In this document: in pieces, positions 14,101 to 28,562 of the stretch
Numbering within the stretch: position 1 is the first letter of the stretch
Layout: each line of letters starts with the position of its first letter
Assembly (NCBI GenBank): GCA_043228905.1
Contig: JBHGNT010000054.1
Location: 1 to 64,000, forward strand
From: Azolla caroliniana
Lineage: Eukaryota > Plantae > Polypodiophyta
Reading direction: 5' to 3'
Length of the DNA stretch: 64,000 bases
The notes under the pieces: generated by a model
Databases searched by the model: none
Seen by the model: only the letters and a program-made list of their open reading frames with translations
What the model was told of the DNA's origin: nothing
Made by a program: the position numbers and the translations under genes

Positions 14101-16050
14101 GTGTTTAAACATGCGAATCGAAGGTAACGAATATAGCCATGATATGGAATTGAAAAAATCAAGATTTAAAAACTCAGGTCAAGAGACATAAAGTAAAAAG
14201 CAAATTTAAGGAAGGTGTCGACAAGAGCGCCACAATGAATGAAAATGCTCATAGATTGCTCGTGTGATATCGGATTTTGGTGTTTAAACATGCGAATCGA
14301 AGGTAACGAATATAGCCATGATATGGAATTGAAAAATCAAGATTTAAAAACTCTAGTCGAGAGACATGAAGTGAGAAGCAAATTTAAGGAAGGCGTAGAC
14401 AAGAGCGCCTCAATGGATGAAAATGTTCATAGATTCCTCGTGTGATATCGGATTTTGGTGTTTAAACATGCGTATCAAAGGTAACGAATATAGCCATGAT
14501 ATGGAATTAAAAAATCAAGATTTTCAAACTCAAGTCGAGAGACATGAAGGAAAAAGCAAATTTGAGGAAGGCGTAGACAAGAGCGCCTCACTTACTAAAA
14601 ATGTTCATAGATGGCTCGTGTGATATCGGATTTTGGTGTTTAAACATGCGAATCGAATGTAACGAATCTAGCCATCATATGGAATTAAAAAATAAAGAAT
14701 TTGATACTCATATCGAGAGACATGAAGAAAAAAGCAATTTTGAGGTAGGCGTAGACAAGAGCGCCTCACTGACAAAAAATGTTCATAGATGGCTCGTTTG
14801 ATATCGTATTTTGGTGTTTAAACATGCAAATCGAAGGTAACGAAACTAGCCATGATATGGATTTAAAAAATAAAGATTTTGATACTCATATCGAGAGACA
14901 TGAAGAAAAAAGCAAATTTTGAGGAAGGCGTAGACAAGAGCGCCTCACTGACTGAAAATGTTCCTAGATGGCTTCTGTGATATCGGATTTTGGTGTTTAA
15001 ACCTGCGAATCGAAGGTAACGAATATAGCCATGATATGGAATTGAAAAATCAAGATTTAAAAACTTTGGTCGAGAGACATGAAGTGAAAAGCAAATTTAA
15101 GGAAGGCATAGACAAGAGCACCTCAATGGATGAAAATGTTCATAGATTCCTCGTGTGATATCGGATTTTGGTGTTTAAACATGCGAATCGAAGGTAACGA
15201 ATCTAGTCATGATATGGATTTTAAAAATAAAGATTTGAAACTCAGGTCGAGAGACATGAAGAAAAAAGCAATTTTGAGGAAGGCGTCGACAAGAGCGCCA
15301 CAATGAATGAAAATGTTCATAGATTCCTCGTGTGATATCGGATTTTGGTGTTTAAACATGCGAATCGAAGGTAACGAATATAGCCATGATATGGAATTGA
15401 AAAAATCAAGATTTAAAAACTCAGGTCAAGAGACATAAAGTAAAAAGCAAATTTAAGGAAGGTGTCGACAAGAGCGCCACAATGAATGAAAATGCTCATA
15501 GATTGCTCGTGTGATATCGGATTTTGGTGTTTAAACATGCGAATCGAAGGTAACGAATATAGCCATGATATGGAATTGAAAAATCAAGATTTAAAAACTC
15601 TAGTCGAGAGACATGAAGTGAGAAGCAAATTTAAGGAAGGCGTAGACAAGAGCGCCTCAATGGATGAAAATGTTCATAGATTCCTCGTGTGATATCGGAT
15701 TTTGGTGTTTAAACATGCGTATCAAAGGTAACGAATATAGCCATGATATGGAATTAAAAAATCAAGATTTTCAAACTCAAGTCGAGAGACATGAAGGAAA
15801 AAGCAAATTTGAGGAAGGCGTAGACAAGAGCGCCTCACTTACTAAAAATGTTCATAGATGGCTCGTGTGATATCGGATTTTGGTGTTTAAACATGCGAAT
15901 CGAATGTAACGAATCTAGCCATCATATGGAATTAAAAAATAAAGAATTTGATACTCATATCGAGAGACATGAAGAAAAAAGCAATTTTGAGGTAGGCGTA
16001 GACAAGAGCGCCTCACTGACTAAAAATGTTCATAGATGGCTCGTTTGATA
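11200..16050 (+). repeat. 7-monomer HOR (1246-1248 bp), about four copies with partly replaced monomers
   Basis: The trio marked by CTCTAGTCG..GTGAGAAGC / ATCAAAGG / GCCATCATATGG recurs at ORFs 11745, 12991, 14239, 15486 (spacings 1246, 1248, 1247). Copies 3 and 4 share GGCTTCTGTG, GCGTATCAAA and GCAAATTTTG. Confidence 0.88.
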
Positions 16051-16577
16051 TCGGATTTTGTTGTTTAAACATGCAAATCGAAGGTAACGAAACTAGCCAT
16101 GATATCGAATTGAAAAATCAAGATTTTGAAACTCAAGTCGAGAGACATGAAGAAAAAAGCAATTTTGAGGAAGGCGTAGACAAGAGCGCCTCACTGACTG
16201 AAAATGTTCCTAGATGGCTTGTGTGATATCGGATTTTGGTGTTTAAACTTGCGAATCGAAGGTAACGAATATAGCCATGATATGGAATTGAAAAAATCAA
16301 GATTTAAAAACTCAGGTCGAGAGACATAAAGTAAAAAGCAAATTTAAGGAAGCCGTCGACAAGAGCGCCACAATGGATGAAAATGTTCATAGATTCCTCG
16401 TGTGATATCGGATTTTGGTGTTTAAACATGCGAATCGAAGGTAACGAATATAGCCATGATATGGAATTAAAAAATAAAGATTTTGAAACTCAGGTCGAGA
16501 GACATGAAGTGAAAAGCAAATTTAAGGAAGGCGTAGACAAGAGCGCCTCACTTACTAAAAATGTTCATAGATGGCTC

Positions 16578-16734
16578 GTGTGATATCGGATTTTGGTGTT
16601 TAAACATGCGAATCGAAGGTAACGAATATAGCCATGATTTTGATACTCATATTGAGAGACATGAAGAAAAAAGCAAATTTGAGGAAGGCGTAGACAAGAG
16701 CGCCTCACTGACTGAAAATGTTCGTAGATGGCTT
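16578..16734 (+). repeat. Truncated 157-bp monomer (21-bp internal deletion)
   Basis: Reads ...TAGCCATGAT|TTTGATACTCAT...; ORF stops 16583 to 16918 differ by 335 = 2x178-21. Confidence 0.93.
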
Positions 16735-17409
16735 GTGTGATATCGGATTTTGGTGTTCAAACATGCGAATCGAAGGTAACGAATATAGCCATGATATGGA
16801 ATTGAAAAATCAAGATTTAAAAACTCAGGTCCAGAGACATGAAGTAAAAAGCAAATTTAAGGAAGCCGTCGACAAGAGCGCCACAATGAATGAAAATGTT
16901 AATAGATTCCTCGTGTGATATCGGATTTTGGTGTTTAAACATGCGAATCGAAGGTAACGAAACTAGCCATGATATGGAATAAAAAAATCAAGATTTTCAA
17001 ACTCAAGTCGAGAGACATGAAGCAAAAAGCAATTTTGAGGAAGGCGTAGACAAGAGCGACTCAATGAATGAAAATGTTCATAGATTCCACGTGTGATATC
17101 GGATTTTGGTGTTTAAACATGCGAATCGAAGGTAACGAATATAGCCATGATATGGAATTAAAAAATAAAGATTTTGAAACTCAGGTCGAGAGACATGAAG
17201 AAAAAAGCAATTTTGAGGAAGGCGTCGACAAGAGCGCCACAATGAATGAAAATGCTCATAGATTGCTCGTGTGATATCGGATTTTGGTGTTTAAACATGC
17301 GAATCGAAGGTAACGAATCTAGCCATGATATGGAATTAAAAAATCAAGATTTAAAAACTCTAGTCGAGAGACATGAAGTGAGAAGCAAATTTAAGGAAGG
17401 CGTAGACAA

Positions 17410-20100
17410 GAGCGCCTCACTTACTAAAAATGTTCATAGATGGCTCGTGTGATATCGGATTTTGGTGTTTAAACATGCGAATCGAAGGTAACGAAACTAG
17501 CCACGATATGGAATTGAAAAATCAAGATTTTGAAACTCAAGTCGAGAGACATGAAGAAAAAAGCAATTTTGAGGAAGGCGTAGACAAGAGCGCCTCACTG
17601 ACTGAAAATGTTCATAGATGGCTTGTGTGATATCGGATTTTGGTGTTTAAACATGCGAATCGAAGGTAACGAATCTAGCCATGATATGGAATTAAAAAAT
17701 CAAGATTTTGAAACTCAAGTCGAGAGACATGAAGAAAAAAGCAATTTTGAGGAAGGCGTAGACAAGAGCGCCTCACTGACTGAAAATGTTCCTAGATGGC
17801 TTGTGTGATATCGGATTTTGGTGTTTAAACCTGCGAATCGAAGGTAACGAATATAGCCATGATATGGAATTGAAAAATCAAGATTTAAAAACACAGGTCC
17901 AGAGACATGAAGTAAAAAGCAAATTTAAGGAAGCCGTCGACAAGAGCGCCACAATGAATGAAAATGCTCATAGATTGCTCGTGTGATATCGGATTTTGGT
18001 GTTTAAACATGTGAATCGAAGGTAACGAATATAGCCATGAAATGGAATTGAAAAATCAAGATTTAAAAACTCAGGTCAAGAGACATAAAGTAAAAAGCAA
18101 ATTTAAGGAAGGTGTCGACAAGAGCGCCACAATGAATGAAAATGCTCATAGATTGCTCGTGTGATATCGGATTTTGGTGTTTAAACATGCGAATCGAAGG
18201 TAACGAATATAGCCATGATATGGAATTGAAAAATCAAGATTTAAAAACTCTAGTCGAGAGACATGAAGTGAGAATCAAATTTAAGGAAGGCGTAGACAAG
18301 AGCGCCTCAATGGATGAAAATGTTCATAGATTCCTCGTGTGATATCGGATTTTGGTGTTTAAACATGCGAATCAAAGGTAACGAATATAGCCATGATATG
18401 GAATTAAAAAATCAAGATTTTCAAACTCAAGTCGAGAGACATGAAGGAAAAAGCAAATTTGAGGAAGGCGTAGACAAGAGCGCCTCACTTACTAAAAATG
18501 TTCATAGATGGCTCGTGTGATATCGGATTTTGGTGTTTAAACATGCGAATCGAATGTAACGAATCTAGCCATCATATGGAATTAAAAAATAAAGAATTTG
18601 ATACTCATATCGAGAGACATGAAGAAAAAAGCAATTTTGAGGTAGGCGTAGACAAGAGCGCCTCACTGACTAAAAATGTTCATAGATGGCTCGTTTGATA
18701 TCGGATTTTGTTGTTTAAACATGCAAATCGAAGGTAACGAAACTAGCCATGATATCGAATTGAAAAATCAAGATTTTGAAACTCAAGTCGAGAGACATGA
18801 AGAAAAAAGCAATTTTGAGGAAGGCGTAGACAAGAGCGCCTCACTGACTGAAAATGTTCCTAGATGGCTTGTGTGATATCGGATTTTAGTGTTTAAACTT
18901 GCGAATCGAAGGTAACGAATATAGCCATGATATGGAATTGAAAAAATCAAGATTTAAAAACTCAGGTCGAGAGACATAAAGTAAAAAGCAAATTTAAGGA
19001 AGCCGTCGACAAGAGCGCCACAATGAATGAAAATGCTCATAGATTGCTCGTGTGATATCGGATTTTGGTGTTTAAACATGTGAATCGAAGGTAACGAATA
19101 TAGCCATGAAATGGAATTGAAAAATCAAGATTTAAAAACTCATGGTCGAGAGACATGAAGTGAAAAGCAAATTTAAGGAAGGCGTAGACAAGAGCGCCTC
19201 AATGGATGAAAATGTTCATAGATTCCTCGTGTGATATCGGATTTTGGTGTTTAAACATGCGAATCGAAGGTAACGAATATAGCCATGATATGGAATTGAA
19301 AAATCAAGATTTAAAAACTCTAGTCGAGAGACATGAAGTGAAAAGCAAATTTAAGGAAGGCGTAGACAACAGCGCCTCAATGGATGAAAATGTTCATAGA
19401 TTCCTCGTGTGATATCGGATTTTGGTGTTTAAACATGCGAATCAAAGGTAACGAATATAGCCATGATATGGAATTAAAAAATCAAGATTTTCAAACTCAA
19501 GTCGAGAGACATGAAGAAAAAAGCAAATTTGAGGAAGGCGTAGACAAGAGCGCCTCACTTACTAAAAATGTTCATAGATGGCTCGTGTGATATCGGATTT
19601 TGGTGTTTAAACATGCGAATCGAAGGTAACGAAACTAGCCACGATATGGAATTGAAAAATCAAGATTTTGAAACTCAAGTCGAGAGACATGAAGAAAAAA
19701 GCAATTTTGAGGAAGGCGTAGACAAGAGCGCCTCACTGACTGAAAATGTTCATAGATGGCTTGTGTGATATCGGATTTTGGTGTTTAAACATGCGAATCG
19801 AAGGTAACGAATCTAGCCATGATATGGAATTAAAAAATCAAGATTTTGAAACTCAAGTCGAGAGACATGAAGAAAAAAGCAATTTTGAGGAAGGCGTAGA
19901 CAAGAGCGCCTCACTGACTGAAAATGTTCCTAGATGGCTTGTGTGATATCGGATTTTGGTGTTTAAACCTGCGAATCGAAGGTAACGAATATAGCCATGA
20001 TATGGAATTGAAAAATCAAGATTTAAAAACTCAGGTCCAGAGACATGAAGTAAAAAGCAAATTTAAGGAAGCCGTCGACAAGAGCGCCACAATGAATGAA
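17410..20100 (+). repeat. Partial 12-monomer repeat (offset 2138): ~17410-17965 repeated at ~19548-20100
   Basis: ORF pairs 17430/19568, 17608/19746, 17786/19924 at offset 2138 = 12x178+2. Confidence 0.75.
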
Positions 20101-23100
20101 AATACTAATAGATTCCTCGTGTGATATCGGATTTTGGTGTTTAAACATGGGAATTGAAGGTAACGAAACTAGCCATGATATGGAATAAAAAAATCAAGAT
20201 TTTGAAACTCAAGTCGAGAGACATGAAGCAAAAAGCAATTTTGAGGAAGGCGTCGACAAGAACGACTCAATGAATGAAAATGTTCATAGATGGCTCGTGT
20301 GATATCGTATTTTGGTGTTTAAACATGCGAATCGAAGGTAACGAATCTAGCCATGATATGGATTTAAAAAATAAAGATTTTGATACTCATATCGAGAGAC
20401 ATGAAGAAAAAAGCAAATTTGAGGAAGGCGTAGACAAGAGCGCCTCACTGACTGAAAATGTTCCTAGATGGCTTGTGTGATATCGGATTTTGGTGTTTAA
20501 ACATGCGAATCGAAGGTAACGAATATAGCCATGATATGGAATTAAAATATCAAGATTTTGAAACTCAGGTCGAGAGAAGTGAAGAAAAAAGCAATTTTGA
20601 GGAAGGCGTAGACAAGAGCGCCTCACTGACTGAAAATGTTCATAGATAGCTTGTGTGATATCGGATTTTGGTGTTTAAACATGCGAATCGAAGGTAACGA
20701 ATAAAGCCATGATATGGAATTGAAAAATCAAGATTTAAAAACTCAGGTCCAGAGACATAAAGAGAAAAGCAAATTTGAGGAAGGCGTAGACAAGAGCGCC
20801 TCACTGAATGAAAATGTTCATAGATGGCTTGTGTGATATCGGATTTTGGTGTTTAAGCATGCGAATCGAAGGTAACGAATATAGCCATGATATGGAATTG
20901 AAAAATCAAGATTTAAAAACTTTGGTCGAGAGACATGAAGTGAAAAGCAAATTTAAGGAAGGCATAGACAAGAGCACCTCAATGGATGAAAATGTTCATA
21001 GATTCCTCGTGTGATATCGGATTTTGGTGTTTAAACGTGCGAATCGAAGGTAACGAATCTAGTCATGATATGGATTTAAAAAATAAAGATTTTGAAACTC
21101 AGGTCGAGAGACATGAAGAAAAAAGCAATTTTAAGGAAGGCGTCGACAAGAGCGCCACAATGAATGAAAATGTTCATAGATTCCTCGTGTGATATCGGAT
21201 TTTGGTGTTTAAACATGCGAATCGAATGTAACGAATATAGCCATGATATGGAATTGAAAAAATCAAGATTTAAAAACTCAGGTCGAGAGACATAAAGTAA
21301 AAAGCAAATTTAAGGAAGGTGTCGACAAGAGCGCCACCATGAATGAAAATGCTCATAGATTGCTCGTGTGATATCGGATTTTGGTGTTTAAACATGCGAA
21401 TCGAAGGTAACGAATATAGCCATGATATGGAATTGAAAAATCAAGATTTAAAAACTCTAGTCGAGAGACATGAAGTGAGAAGCAAATTTAAGGAAGGTGT
21501 AGACAAGAGCGCCTCAATGGATGAAAATGTTCATAGATTCCTCGTGTGATATCGGATTTTGGTGTTTAAACATGCGAATCAAAGGTAACGAATATAGCCA
21601 TGATATGGAATTAAAAAATCAAGATTTTCAAACTCAAGTCGAGAGACATGAAGGAAAAAGCAAATTTGAGGAAGGCGTAGACAAGAGCGCCTCACTTACT
21701 AAAAATGTTCATAGATGGCTCGTGTGATATCGGATTTTGGTGTTTAAACATGCGAATCGAAGGTAACGAATCTAGCCATCATATGGAATTAAAAAATAAA
21801 GAATTTGATACTCATATCGAGAGACATGAAGAAAAAAGAAATTTTGAGGTAGGCGTAGACAAGAGCGCCTCACTGACTAAAAATGTTCATAGATGGCTCG
21901 TTTGATATCGGATTTTGGTGTTTAAACATGCAAATCGAAGGTAACGAATATAGCCACGACATGGAATTGAAAAATCAAGATTTTGAAACTCAAATCGAGA
22001 GACATGAAGAAAAAAGCAATTTTGAGGAAGGCGTAGACAAGAGCGCCTCAGTGACTGAAAATGTTCCTAGATGGCTTGTGTGATATCGGATTTTGGTGTT
22101 TAAACCTGCGAATCGAAGGTAACGAATATAGCCATGATATGGAATTAAAAAATCAAGATTTTGAAACTCAGGTCCAGAGACATGAAGTAAAAATCAAATT
22201 TAAAGAAGCCGTCGACAAGAGCGCCACAATGAATGAAAATGTTAATAGATTCCTCGTGTGATATCGGATTTTGGTGTTTAAACATGCGAATCGAAGGTAA
22301 CGAAACTAGCCATGATATGGAATAAAAAAATCAAGATTTTGAAACTCAAGTCGAGAGACATGAAGCAAAAAGCAATTTTGAGGAAGGCGTAGACAAGAGC
22401 GACTCAATGAATGAAAATGTTCATAGATAACTCGTGTGACATCGGATTTTGGTGTTTAAACATGCGAATCGAAGGTAACGAAACTAGCCATGATATCGAA
22501 TTAAAAAATCAAGATTTTGCAACTCAGGTCGAGAGACATGAAGAAAAAAGCAATTTTGAGGAAGGCGTAGACAAGAGCGCCTCACTGACTGAAAATGTTC
22601 ATAGATGGCTTGTGTGATATCGAATTTGGTGTTTAAACATGCGAATCGAAGGTAACGAATAAAGCCATGATATGGAATTGAAAAATCAAGATTTAAAAAC
22701 TCAGGTCCAGAGACATAAAGAGAAAAGCAAATTTGAGGAAGGCGTAGACAAGAGCGCCTCACTGAATGAAAATGTTCATAGATGGCTTGTGTGATATCGG
22801 ATTTTGGTGTTTAAACATGCGAATCGAAGGTAACGAATATAGCCATGATATGGAATTGAAAAATCAAGATTTAAAAACTTTGGTCGAGAGACATGAAGTG
22901 AAAAGCAAATTTAAGGAAGGCATAGACAAGAGCGCCTCAATGGATGAAAATGTTCATAGATTCCTCGTGTGATATCGGATTTTGGTGTTTAAACATGCGA
23001 ATCGAAGGTAACGAATATAGCCATGATATAGAATTGAAAAAATCAAGATTTAAAAACTCAGGTCGAGAGACATAAAGTAAAAAGCAAATTTAAGGAAGGT

Positions 23101-25103
23101 GTCGACAAGAGCGCCACAATGAATGAAAATGCTCATAGATTGCTCGTGTGATATCGGATTTTGGTGTTTAAACATGCGAATCGAAGGTAACGAATATAGC
23201 CATGATATGGAATTGAAAAATCAAGATTTAAAAACTCTGGTCGAGAGACATGAAGTGAAAAGCAAATTTAAGGAAGGCGTAGACAAGAGCGCCTCAATGG
23301 ATGAAAATGTTCATAGATTCCTCGTGTGATATCGGATTTTGGTGTTTAAACATGCGAATCGAAGGTAACGAATATAGCCATGATATGGAATTAAAAAATA
23401 AAGATTTTGAAACTCAGGTCGAGAGACATGAAGAAAAAAGCAATTTTGAGGAAGGCGTCGACAAGAGCGCCACAATGAATGAAAATGCTCATAGATTGCT
23501 CGTGTGATATCGGATTTTGGTGTTTAAACATGCGAATCGAAGGTAACGAATCTAGCCATGATATGGAATTAAAAAATCAAGATTTTCAAACTCAAGTCGA
23601 GAGACATGAAGGAAAAAGCAAATTTGAGGAAGGCGTAGACAAGAGCGCCTCACTTACTAAAAATGTTCATAGATGGCTCGTGTGATATCGGATTTTGGTG
23701 TTTAAACATGCGAATCGAAGGTAACGAATCTAGCCATGATATGGAATTAAAAAATAAAGAATTTGATACTCATATCGAGAGACATGAAGAAAAAAGCAAT
23801 TTTGAGGTAGGCGTAGACAAGAGCGCCTCACTGACTAAAAATGTTCATAGATGGCTCGTTTGATATCGGATTTTGGTGTTTAAACATGCAAATCGAAGGT
23901 AACGAAACTAGCCATGATATCGAATTAAAAAATCAAGATTTTGCAATTCAGGTCGAGAGACATGAAGAAAAAAGCAATTTTGAGGAAGGCGTAGACAAGA
24001 GCGCCTCACTGACTGAAAATGTGCATAGATGGCTCGTGTGATATCGAATTTTGGTGTTTAAACATGCAAATCGAAGGTAACGAAACTAGCCATGATATTG
24101 AATTAAAAAATCAAGATTTTGCAACTCAGGTCGAGAGACATGAAGAAAAAAGCAATTTTGAGGAAGGCGTAGACAAGAGCGCCTCACTGACTGAAAATGT
24201 TCATAGATGGCTTGTGTGATATCGGATTTTGGTGTTTAAACATGCGAATCGAAGGTAACGAATATAGCCACGACATGGAATTGAAAAATCAAGATTTTGA
24301 AACTCAAGTCGAGGGACATGAAGAAAAAAGCAATTTTGAGGAAGGCGTAGACAAGACCGCCTCACTTACTAAAAATGTTCATAGATGGCTCGTGTGATAT
24401 CGGGTTTTGGTGTTTAAACATGCGAATTGAAGGTAACGAATATAGCCATGATATGGAATTGAAAAATCAAGATTTAAAAACTCAGGTCGAGAGACATAAA
24501 GTAAAAAGCAAATTTAAGGAAGCCGTCGACAAGAGCGCCACAATGAATGAAAATGCTCATAGATTGCTCGTGTGATATCGGATTTTGGTGTTTAAACATG
24601 CGAATCGAAGGTAACGAAACTAGCCATGATATCGAATTAAAAAATCAAGATTTTGCAACTCAGGTCGAGAGACATGAAGAAAAAAGCAATTTTGAGGAAG
24701 GCGTAGACAAGAGCGCCTCACTGACTGAAAATGTTCATAGATGGCTTGTGTGATATCGGATTTTGGTGTTTAAACATGCGAATCGAAGGTAACGGATAAA
24801 GCCATGATATGGAATTGAAAAATCAAGATTTAAAAACTCAGGTCCAGAGACATAAAGAGAAAAGCAAATTTGAGGAAGCCGTAGACAAGAGCGCCTCACT
24901 GAATGAAAATGTTCATAGATGGCTTGTGTGATATCGGATTTTGGTGTTTAAACATGCGAATCGAAGGTAACGAATATAGCCATGATATGGAATTGAAAAA
25001 TCAAGATTTAAAAACTTTGGTCGAGAGACATGAAGTGAAAAGCAAATTTAAGGAAGGCATAGACAAGAGCGCCTCAATGGATGAAAATGTTCATAGATTC
25101 CTC

Positions 25104-25230
25104 GTGTGATATCGGATTTTGGTGTTTAAACATGCGAATCGAAGGTAACGAATATAGCCATGATATGGAATTGAAAAAATCAAGATTTAAAAACTCAGGT
25201 CCAGAGACATGAAGTAAAAAGCAAATTTAA
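25104..25230 (+). repeat. Truncated 127-bp monomer, copy 1 (last 52 bp missing, +1 A)
   Basis: Junction GCAAATTTAA|GTGTGATATC at 25230/25231. Confidence 0.95.
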
Positions 25231-28200
25231 GTGTGATATCGGATTTTGGTGTTTAAACATGCGAATCCAAGGTATCGAATCTAGCCATGATATGGAATTA
25301 AAAAATCAAGATTTTGAAACTCAAGCCAAGATACATGACGAAAACAGCAATTTTGAGGAAGGCGTAGACAAGAGCGCCTCACTGAGTAAAAATGTTCATA
25401 GATGGCTCGTGTGATATCGGATTTTGGTGTTTAAACATGTGAATCGAAGGTAACGAATATAGCCATGATATGGAATTAAAAAATCAAGATTTTGAAACTC
25501 AGGTCCAGAGACATGAAGTAAAAATCAAATTTAAAGAAGCCGTCGACAAGAGCGCCACAATGAATGAAAATGTTAATAGATTCCTCGTGTGATATCGGAT
25601 TTTGGTGTTTAAACATGCGAATCGAAGGTAACGAAACTAGCCATGATATGGAATAAAAAAATCAAGATTTTGAAACTCAAGTCGAGAGACATGAAGCAAA
25701 AAGCAATTTTGAGGAAGGCGTAGACAAGAGCGACTCAATGAATGAAAATGTTCATAGATAACTCGTGTGACATCGGATTTTGGTGTTTAAACATGCGAAT
25801 CGAAGGTAACGAAACTAGCCATGATATCGAATTAAAAAATCAAGATTTTGCAACTCAGGTCGAGAGACATGAAGAAAAAAGCAATTTTGAGGAAGGCGTA
25901 GACAAGAGCGCCTCACTGACTGAAAATGTTCATAGATGGCTTGTGTGATATCGGATTTTGGTGTTTAAACATGCGAATCGAAGGTAACGAATAAAGCCAT
26001 GATATGGAATTGAAAAATCAAGATTTAAAAACTCAGGTCCAGAGACATAAAGAGAAAAGCAAATTTGAGGAAGGCGTAGACAAGAGCGCCTCACTGAATG
26101 AAAATGTTCATAGATGGCTTGTGTGATATCGGATTTTGGTGTTTAAACATGCGAATCGAAGGTAACGAATATAGCCATGATATGGAATTGAAAAATCAAG
26201 ATTTAAAAACTTTGGTCGAGAGACATGAAGTGAAAAGCAAATTTAAGGAAGGCATAGACAAGAGCGCCTCAATGGATGAAAATGTTCATAGATTCCTCGT
26301 GTGATATCGGATTTTGGTGTTTAAACATGCGAATCGAAGGTAACGAATATAGCCATGATATAGAATTGAAAAAATCAAGATTTAAAAACTCAGGTCGAGA
26401 GACATAAAGTAAAAAGCAAATTTAAGGAAGGTGTCGACAAGAGCGCCACAATGAATGAAAATGCTCATAGATTGCTCGTGTGATATCGGATTTTGGTGTT
26501 TAAACATGCGAATCGAAGGTAACGAATATAGCCATGATATGGAATTGAAAAATCAAGATTTAAAAACTCTGGTCGAGAGACATGAAGTGAAAAGCAAATT
26601 TAAGGAAGGCGTAGACAAGAGCGCCTCAATGGATGAAAATGTTCATAGATTCCTCGTGTGATATCGGATTTTGGTGTTTAAACATGCGAATCGAAGGTAA
26701 CGAATATAGCCATGATATGGAATTAAAAAATAAAGATTTTGAAACTCAGGTCGAGAGACATGAAGAAAAAAGCAATTTTGAGGAAGGCGTCGACAAGAGC
26801 GCCACAATGAATGAAAATGCTCATAGATTGCTCGTGTGATATCGGATTTTGGTGTTTAAACATGCGAATCGAAGGTAACGAATCTAGCCATGATATGGAA
26901 TTAAAAAATCAAGATTTTCAAACTCAAGTCGAGAGACATGAAGGAAAAAGCAAATTTGAGGAAGGCGTAGACAAGAGCGCCTCACTTACTAAAAATGTTC
27001 ATAGATGGCTCGTGTGATATCGGATTTTGGTGTTTAAACATGCGAATCGAAGGTAACGAATCTAGCCATGATATGGAATTAAAAAATAAAGAATTTGATA
27101 CTCATATCGAGAGACATGAAGAAAAAAGCAATTTTGAGGTAGGCGTAGACAAGAGCGCCTCACTGACTAAAAATGTTCATAGATGGCTCGTTTGATATCG
27201 GATTTTGGTGTTTAAACATGCAAATCGAAGGTAACGAAACTAGCCATGATATCGAATTAAAAAATCAAGATTTTGCAATTCAGGTCGAGAGACATGAAGA
27301 AAAAAGCAATTTTGAGGAAGGCGTAGACAAGAGCGCCTCACTGACTGAAAATGTGCATAGATGGCTCGTGTGATATCGAATTTTGGTGTTTAAACATGCA
27401 AATCGAAGGTAACGAAACTAGCCATGATATTGAATTAAAAAATCAAGATTTTGCAACTCAGGTCGAGAGACATGAAGAAAAAAGCAATTTTGAGGAAGGC
27501 GTAGACAAGAGCGCCTCACTGACTGAAAATGTTCATAGATGGCTTGTGTGATATCGGATTTTGGTGTTTAAACATGCGAATCGAAGGTAACGAATATAGC
27601 CACGACATGGAATTGAAAAATCAAGATTTTGAAACTCAAGTCGAGGGACATGAAGAAAAAAGCAATTTTGAGGAAGGCGTAGACAAGACCGCCTCACTTA
27701 CTAAAAATGTTCATAGATGGCTCGTGTGATATCGGGTTTTGGTGTTTAAACATGCGAATTGAAGGTAACGAATATAGCCATGATATGGAATTGAAAAATC
27801 AAGATTTAAAAACTCAGGTCGAGAGACATAAAGTAAAAAGCAAATTTAAGGAAGCCGTCGACAAGAGCGCCACAATGAATGAAAATGCTCATAGATTGCT
27901 CGTGTGATATCGGATTTTGGTGTTTAAACATGCGAATCGAAGGTAACGAAACTAGCCATGATATCGAATTAAAAAATCAAGATTTTGCAACTCAGGTCGA
28001 GAGACATGAAGAAAAAAGCAATTTTGAGGAAGGCGTAGACAAGAGCGCCTCACTGACTGAAAATGTTCATAGATGGCTTGTGTGATATCGGATTTTGGTG
28101 TTTAAACATGCGAATCGAAGGTAACGGATAAAGCCATGATATGGAATTGAAAAATCAAGATTTAAAAACTCAGGTCCAGAGACATAAAGAGAAAAGCAAA

Positions 28201-28435
28201 TTTGAGGAAGCCGTAGACAAGAGCGCCTCACTGAATGAAAATGTTCATAGATGGCTTGTGTGATATCGGATTTTGGTGTTTAAACATGCGAATCGAAGGT
28301 AACGAATATAGCCATGATATGGAATTGAAAAATCAAGATTTAAAAACTTTGGTCGAGAGACATGAAGTGAAAAGCAAATTTAAGGAAGGCATAGACAAGA
28401 GCGCCTCAATGGATGAAAATGTTCATAGATTCCTC

Positions 28436-28562
28436 GTGTGATATCGGATTTTGGTGTTTAAACATGCGAATCGAAGGTAACGAATATAGCCATGATATGG
28501 AATTGAAAAAATCAAGATTTAAAAACTCAGGTCCAGAGACATGAAGTAAAAAGCAAATTTAA
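28436..28562 (+). repeat. Truncated 127-bp monomer, copy 2
   Basis: Junction GCAAATTTAA|GTGTGATATC at 28562/28563. Confidence 0.95.

Noticed and set aside
15228-15240. Singleton 1-bp deletions at ~15235 (AAAGATTTGAAA) and ~22624 (ATCGAATTTGG)
   Set aside because: Each lies in a T-run and is absent from the sister HOR copy, so it cannot be distinguished from a homopolymer sequencing error.
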